Positions 59,681 to 64,000 of a DNA stretch of 64,000 bases are shown here, piece by piece (position 1 is the first letter of the stretch; every line of letters begins with the position of its first letter). The position numbers and the translations under genes are program-made. The notes beneath the pieces are model-generated. The model did no database searches and was not told the DNA's origin. It saw only the letters and a list, made by a program, of their open reading frames with translations. Origin of the DNA: Bacteroidota bacterium (lineage in GTDB: Bacteria > Bacteroidota > Bacteroidia > Chitinophagales > Chitinophagaceae); contig JAFDXX010000023.1 of NCBI GenBank assembly GCA_018267705.1, forward strand, positions 365,769 through 429,768, given 5' to 3'.

Positions 59681-60091
59681 ATGTTTGAATATAAAACACG
59701 AGTAAGGGTAAGGTATGCCGAAACAGACCAAATGAATGTGGTTTATCATGGAGTTTATGCCCAATACTTTGAAGTAGCAAGAGTTGAAAGCATAAGAAGT
59801 TTAGGAGTTTCTTATAAAGAAATGGAAACCTCGGGTACTATTATGCCAATTGTTGAGCTGCATTGCAAGTATTTACGTCCTGCACATTATGATGATTTAT
59901 TGACCGTAAAAACAATACTGAAAGAATTACCAACAAATTATAAAATTGAATTTTATCATGAAATATATAATGAAAGCGGAAAATTATTAACCACAGGAAA
60001 AGTAGTTTTATTTTTTTTAAATGCCATAACGAAAGAAAAAACAACTATGCCGCCAACATTAAAAGATAAAATGGCAATATTCTTTCAATAA
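59681..60091 (+). CDS. YbgC/4HBT-family acyl-CoA thioesterase
   Basis: 136 aa. VRVRYAETDQMNVVYHGVY hotdog-fold motif. Confidence 0.85.
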   Translation: MFEYKTRVRVRYAETDQMNVVYHGVYAQYFEVARVESIRSLGVSYKEMETSGTIMPIVELHCKYLRPAHYDDLLTVKTILKELPTNYKIEFYHEIYNESGKLLTTGKVVLFFLNAITKEKTTMPPTLKDKMAIFFQ

Positions 60092-60111
60092 TTATTGTTT
60101 ACTTTGCAATC

Positions 60112-60498
60112 ATGAAAAAAGTATTGATAGCCATACTTTTTATTTCTTTCCTTTTTGCCTATACACCTTTAAAAGAGTTATGCAAATTGCCTTTGCTTAT
60201 TACGCATTACACCGAGCATAAATCTCAAAATAAAGGCATGAGTTTTTTTGATTTTTTGAAAATGCATTATTTTAACGGAGATCCTCAATATGCAGATTAT
60301 GACAGGGATATGCAGCTCCCTTTTAAAACATTAAATTTCAATTTTGTATTTACAGTATTAAATGTTTTCCCGCAAACTAACTTCACTATAAAAAAACAAG
60401 AATTCTTTATAAAGAAAATAAAGAGTTTTGAGTATCAACCTTCTAATCTTTCTCCTGCACATTTAAATAATATTTGGCAGCCTCCCAAATTCTGTTAA
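60112..60498 (+). CDS. Hypothetical protein with N-terminal signal/TM segment, upstream of czcA
   Basis: 128-aa ORF with no recognisable motif. Same strand as, and close to, the RND pump gene. Confidence 0.5.
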   Translation: MKKVLIAILFISFLFAYTPLKELCKLPLLITHYTEHKSQNKGMSFFDFLKMHYFNGDPQYADYDRDMQLPFKTLNFNFVFTVLNVFPQTNFTIKKQEFFIKKIKSFEYQPSNLSPAHLNNIWQPPKFC

Positions 60499-60604
60499 GT
60501 TATTACCAAAGTTTTATTGTATAAAGTTTATTGAAATAAGCCGAAAATAAAGGCCTACTTCAATAATATAATTATTTCACACTGAAGTATAATAAAAATA
60601 TTAT

Positions 60605-63600
60605 ATGCTTAACAGAATTATTGAGTTTTCAATAAAAAACAAACTCATTATTGGTTTTTTAATAATTGCCTTAATAGCAACAGGCATTTATCAAACAAGT
60701 AAATTACCTATAGATGCTGTGCCAGATATTACTAACAATCAGGTACAAGTTATAACCGTTGCTCCATCATATAGTGCAACAGATATTGAAAGATTTGTAA
60801 CATTTCCGGTAGAACAAGCCAATAGCAACATTGCCGGAATAAAAGAAATAAGAAGTTTTTCAAGATTCGGCCTCTCACTTGTAACTATTGTGTTTAACGA
60901 TAATGTAGATGTTTATTGGGCAAGACAACAAGTAACAGAAAAACTTCAACAAATACAATCACAAATACCTATTGGTATTGGCACACCAACATTAGGGCCA
61001 ATTACAACAGGACTTGGAGAAATTTATCAATACGTTGTTCGGCCTAAAAAAGGTTTTGAAAAAAAATACGATGTTGTTACATTAAGAACCATTCAAGATT
61101 GGATTGTAAGAAGGCAGTTATTAGGCGTAAAAGGTGTTGCAGATGTTAGCAGCTTTGGTGGCAAGTTAAAACAATATGAAATTGCTGTAAACCCTAATAA
61201 ATTAAATGCTTACGGCATAACTATAACCGATGTTTTTAGTGCATTAGATAATAATAATCAAAACACAGGTGGTGCTTATATTGAAAAAGGGCCAACGGTT
61301 TTATTTATACGAACAGAAGGATTATTAAAAAGTATTGACGATATAAAAAATATTGCAATTAACCGACCCAACACCTCACTCCCACTTTTTTTAAGAGATG
61401 TTGCAGACATTAACATAAGTTATGCTACAAGATACGGAGCTATGTGTTATAATGATGAAGGTGAAGTAAGCGGTGCAGTAGTAATGATGTTGAAAGGATC
61501 TAACAGTAGTGAGGTAATAAAAAATGTAAAAGAACGTGTTGCACAAATTCAAAAAACATTACCAGAGGGCGTTGTAATAGAACCGTTTTTAGATAGAACA
61601 AAAATGGTAAACAATGCCATTAGTACCGTAGAAAAAAATTTAATAGAAGGTGCATTAATTGTGGTGTTTGTATTAGTAGTTTTTTTAGGAAATTTTAGAG
61701 CAGGTTTATTGGTGGCATCCGTTATTCCATTATCAATGCTGTTTGCCATTTGTATGATGAATCTTTTTGGCGTAAGTGGTAATTTAATGAGCCTTGGTGC
61801 ATTAGATTTTGGATTAATTGTAGATGGTGCCGTAATTATTGTAGAAGCCGTAATGCATATACTGCACAGCAATCAAAAAATAGATAAACACAATATTCTT
61901 TCACAAAACAAAATGAATGAACTGGTAGAAACATCTGCAAAAAAAATGATGAATAGTGCAGTGTTTGGCCAAATAATAATTCTTGTGGTATACTTACCCA
62001 TTTTTACGTTACAAGGTATTGAAGGAAAAATGTTTAAACCCATGGCACAAACGGTTTCATTTGCATTATTGGGAGCTTTCATATTATCACTCACTTATAT
62101 TCCAATGATGAGTAGCCTTGTATTATCAAAAAAACATAAACACAAGGTTAATATTTCAGAAAAAATAATGTTGCAATTAGAAAATATCTTTTCAAAAAAA
62201 TTAGCTTTCATTTTAAAATATCCAAAAACTGTATTAACAAGTGTATTTATATTATTTATTGGAAGCATCATATTACTAACACGTTTAGGCGGAGAATTTA
62301 TTCCTGCATTAGAAGAAGGAGATTTTGCAATAGATACAAAAGTATTAACAGGTAGCAATCTTAATACAACCATCGAGTTTACACAAAAAGCAGCACATGT
62401 ATTAAAAACACAATTTCCTGAAGTAGAAAAAGTAGTAACAAAAATTGGAAGCGGAGAAATACCAACTGATCCTATGCCCATGGAAGCAAGTGATATGATG
62501 GTTATTTTGAAAGATAAAAAACAATGGAAATCTGCTAAAACTTTTGATGAATTGAAAGATAAAATGACTAATGCACTTAACAATATTCCGGGCATAACAA
62601 CCAGTTTTCAGTTCCCCGTACAAATGAGATTTAATGAATTAATGACTGGTGCAAGACAAGATATTGTTTGTAAATTATTTGGAGAAAACTTAGATACGCT
62701 TGCACATTACGCCAATCAACTTGGTAAAATTGTTTCAACCGTAAAAGGAGCTTCTAACCTATACATAGAGCCAATTAAAGGGATGCCTCAAGTAGTGATA
62801 GAATACAACAGAGCTGCTATTGCACAATATCATTTATCTATTTCAGATATTAATAAAATAGTTAATTCATCATTTGCGGGGCAAAGCACCGGTTTGTTTT
62901 TTGAGGATGAAAAAAGATTTGATATAGTAGTACGTTTAAGTGGAAGCAATAAAAAAAATATTGATGATATAAAAAATTTATTAGTGCCTGTTTCTAACGG
63001 AACACAAATACCGTTGTATCAATTAGCTAACATAAATATTAAGAACGACGTTAATCAAATTCAAAGAGAAGATGCTAAACGTAGAATTATTGTTGGGTTT
63101 AATATTAATGGCAGAGATATACAAAGCATTGTAGAAGAACTTCAACAAAAAATAAACAAGCAACTTAAATTTCCGGCGGGTTATTATGTTACTTATGGTG
63201 GTGCATTTGAAAACTTAATACAAGCAAAAAACAGGTTAATGATTGCAGTGCCTGTTTCGCTTATACTTATTTTCATATTATTATTTTTTACATTTAAAAA
63301 CGTTAAACAAGCTGCCTTAATTTATACTGCTATTCCATTATCTGCTATTGGCGGAATTTTATTTCTTGTATTAAGAGGAATGCCATTTAGTATTAGTGCA
63401 GGCGTGGGCTTCATAGCATTGTTTGGCGTATCGGTACTAAACGGAATTGTATTGGTTACAGAATTTAACCGACTAAAAAAATCAGGTATTCAATCGTTGT
63501 CATTAATTGTAATGAGGGGTGCAAAACTCAGGCTGCGTCCGGTTTTAATGACGGCATCTGTTGCATCACTCGGCTTTTTGCCAATGGCTATAAGTAATGG

Positions 63601-63730
63601 TGCCGGTGCCGAGGTACAACGCCCTTTAGCAACAGTTGTAATTGGTGGATTATTAATTGCAACATTTCTTACATTATTTGTACTGCCTTTATTATATATA
63701 ATTTTTGAAAAAGGAATGAATTTAAATAAA
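60605..63730 (+). CDS. czcA: CusA/CzcA-family heavy-metal efflux RND permease (about 1042 aa; no in-frame stop, see findings)
   Basis: Hand translation from ATG 60605: MLNRIIEFSIKNKLIIGFLIIALIATGIYQ...DAVPDITNNQVQVIT...RLRPVLMTASVASLGFLPMAISNGAGAEVQRPLATVVIGGLL... Absent from the ORF track because the frame stays open to the window end. The end coordinate is the codon before the next gene's ATG, not a stop. Confidence 0.85.
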
Positions 63731-64000
63731 ATGAAAACAAAATCAGTTATCGCAATAATAGTTGTGTTATTGTTCACACAAAATATTCATGCACAAACAA
63801 ACATAAGTTTAAATCAGGCTATTGATAGTGCTATCATAAATAATAACAAAATCAAAAACGAAGTGTTGAAAGAAGCTTATTCAAAAAGTTTAATTCAAAC
63901 ATCTGCAGATATTCCTAAAACAAATGTGTATAGTGAATGGGGACAAATCAACAGCCCTTTGTTTGATTATAAATTCAGCATTAATCAAACTATACAATTT
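63731..64000 (+). CDS. TolC/CzcC-like outer membrane efflux factor, 5' part (continues beyond window)
   Basis: MKTKSVIAIIVVLLFTQNIHAQTNISLNQAIDSAIINNNKIKNE... A signal peptide with AXA-like cleavage site (IHA-Q), followed by the usual OMF N-terminal helix motif. Confidence 0.7.
   Translation, partial: MKTKSVIAIIVVLLFTQNIHAQTNISLNQAIDSAIINNNKIKNEVLKEAYSKSLIQTSADIPKTNVYSEWGQINSPLFDYKFSINQTIQF

Noticed and set aside
59520-59780. N-terminal 87-codon extension of the TPR ORF in the ORF track (start 59780)
   Set aside because: It overlaps the divergent thioesterase gene (59681-60091) and has odd composition. A clean signal peptide begins at the internal ATG 59519.
61549-63777. Minus-strand ORFs (61549-61872, 61873-62094, 62095-62595, 62402-62623, 63490-63777) listed where no plus-strand ORF is listed
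   Set aside because: The region is occupied by the czcA-type gene on the plus strand. It is missing from the track only because its frame has no stop inside the window.
1-64000. Search for CRISPR arrays, IS elements/transposases, integrases, phage genes, toxin-antitoxin or known defence genes, and tRNA/rRNA/tmRNA/RNase P-like GC-rich structured regions
   Set aside because: No direct-repeat/spacer arrays, no transposase or integrase-like ORFs, and no GC-rich structured non-coding stretch were seen. Every gap over 150 nt was read and contains only the elements listed.

Overview
AT-rich chromosomal segment, roughly one third GC by eye. It looks like Bacteroidota: genes lack Shine-Dalgarno sequences, two TAnnTTTG -7 boxes are present, and it encodes HU-CCDC81-like, putative-porin and TPR envelope proteins. 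The content is almost entirely housekeeping. I found no rRNA or tRNA genes, CRISPR arrays, IS elements, prophage or obvious defence genes.

Gene content, left to right:
- 2-5573 (+): a complete reductive pyrimidine/hydantoin catabolic cluster (NCS1 permease 3' end, dihydropyrimidinase, beta-ureidopropionase, preT, preA).
- 5642-7195 (-): an orphan 517-aa all-alpha protein.
- 7384-13293 (+): leuA-leuC-leuD-(modF-like ABC ATPase)-leuB.
- 13321-13517 (+): a promoter, a 32-codon Ile/Val-rich leader ORF and an intrinsic terminator.
- 13691-20211 (+): ilvD-ilvB-ilvN-ilvC-ilvA.
- 20312-26376 (+): gltB-gltD.
- 26398-39193 (-): ppc, an ArnT-like glycosyltransferase, aroQ, carA, rplQ, rpoA, rpsD, rpsK, rpsM, rpmJ, infA and uvrA.
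- 39417-50290: mixed housekeeping genes (ECF sigma, EamA transporter, GT2, DnaQ-like exonuclease, mpl, ytxJ, PPTase, dcd, ychF, glutaminyl cyclase).
- 50501-59519: envelope genes (TPR/beta-propeller/OmpA protein, then a TPR - putative porin - HU-like operon).
- 60605-64000 (+): a czcA-type RND pump running in frame into the next gene.

Most notable observations:
1. A candidate ribosome-mediated attenuator in front of ilvD.
2. A dispersed 41-nt motif (TTG-N19-TAYAAGWG + GC-rich 11-mer), in gene orientation 43-63 nt upstream of four unrelated genes. One copy lies inside a 64-nt palindrome.
3. A ModF-like ABC ATPase with a degenerate first NBD, translationally coupled inside the leu operon.
4. 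No stop codon between czcA and the downstream outer-membrane-factor gene.
5. A tightly packed envelope operon of unknown function.

I do not see a clear-cut new multi-gene system such as a defence island. All functional calls come from reading translations and motifs by eye, with no database search.
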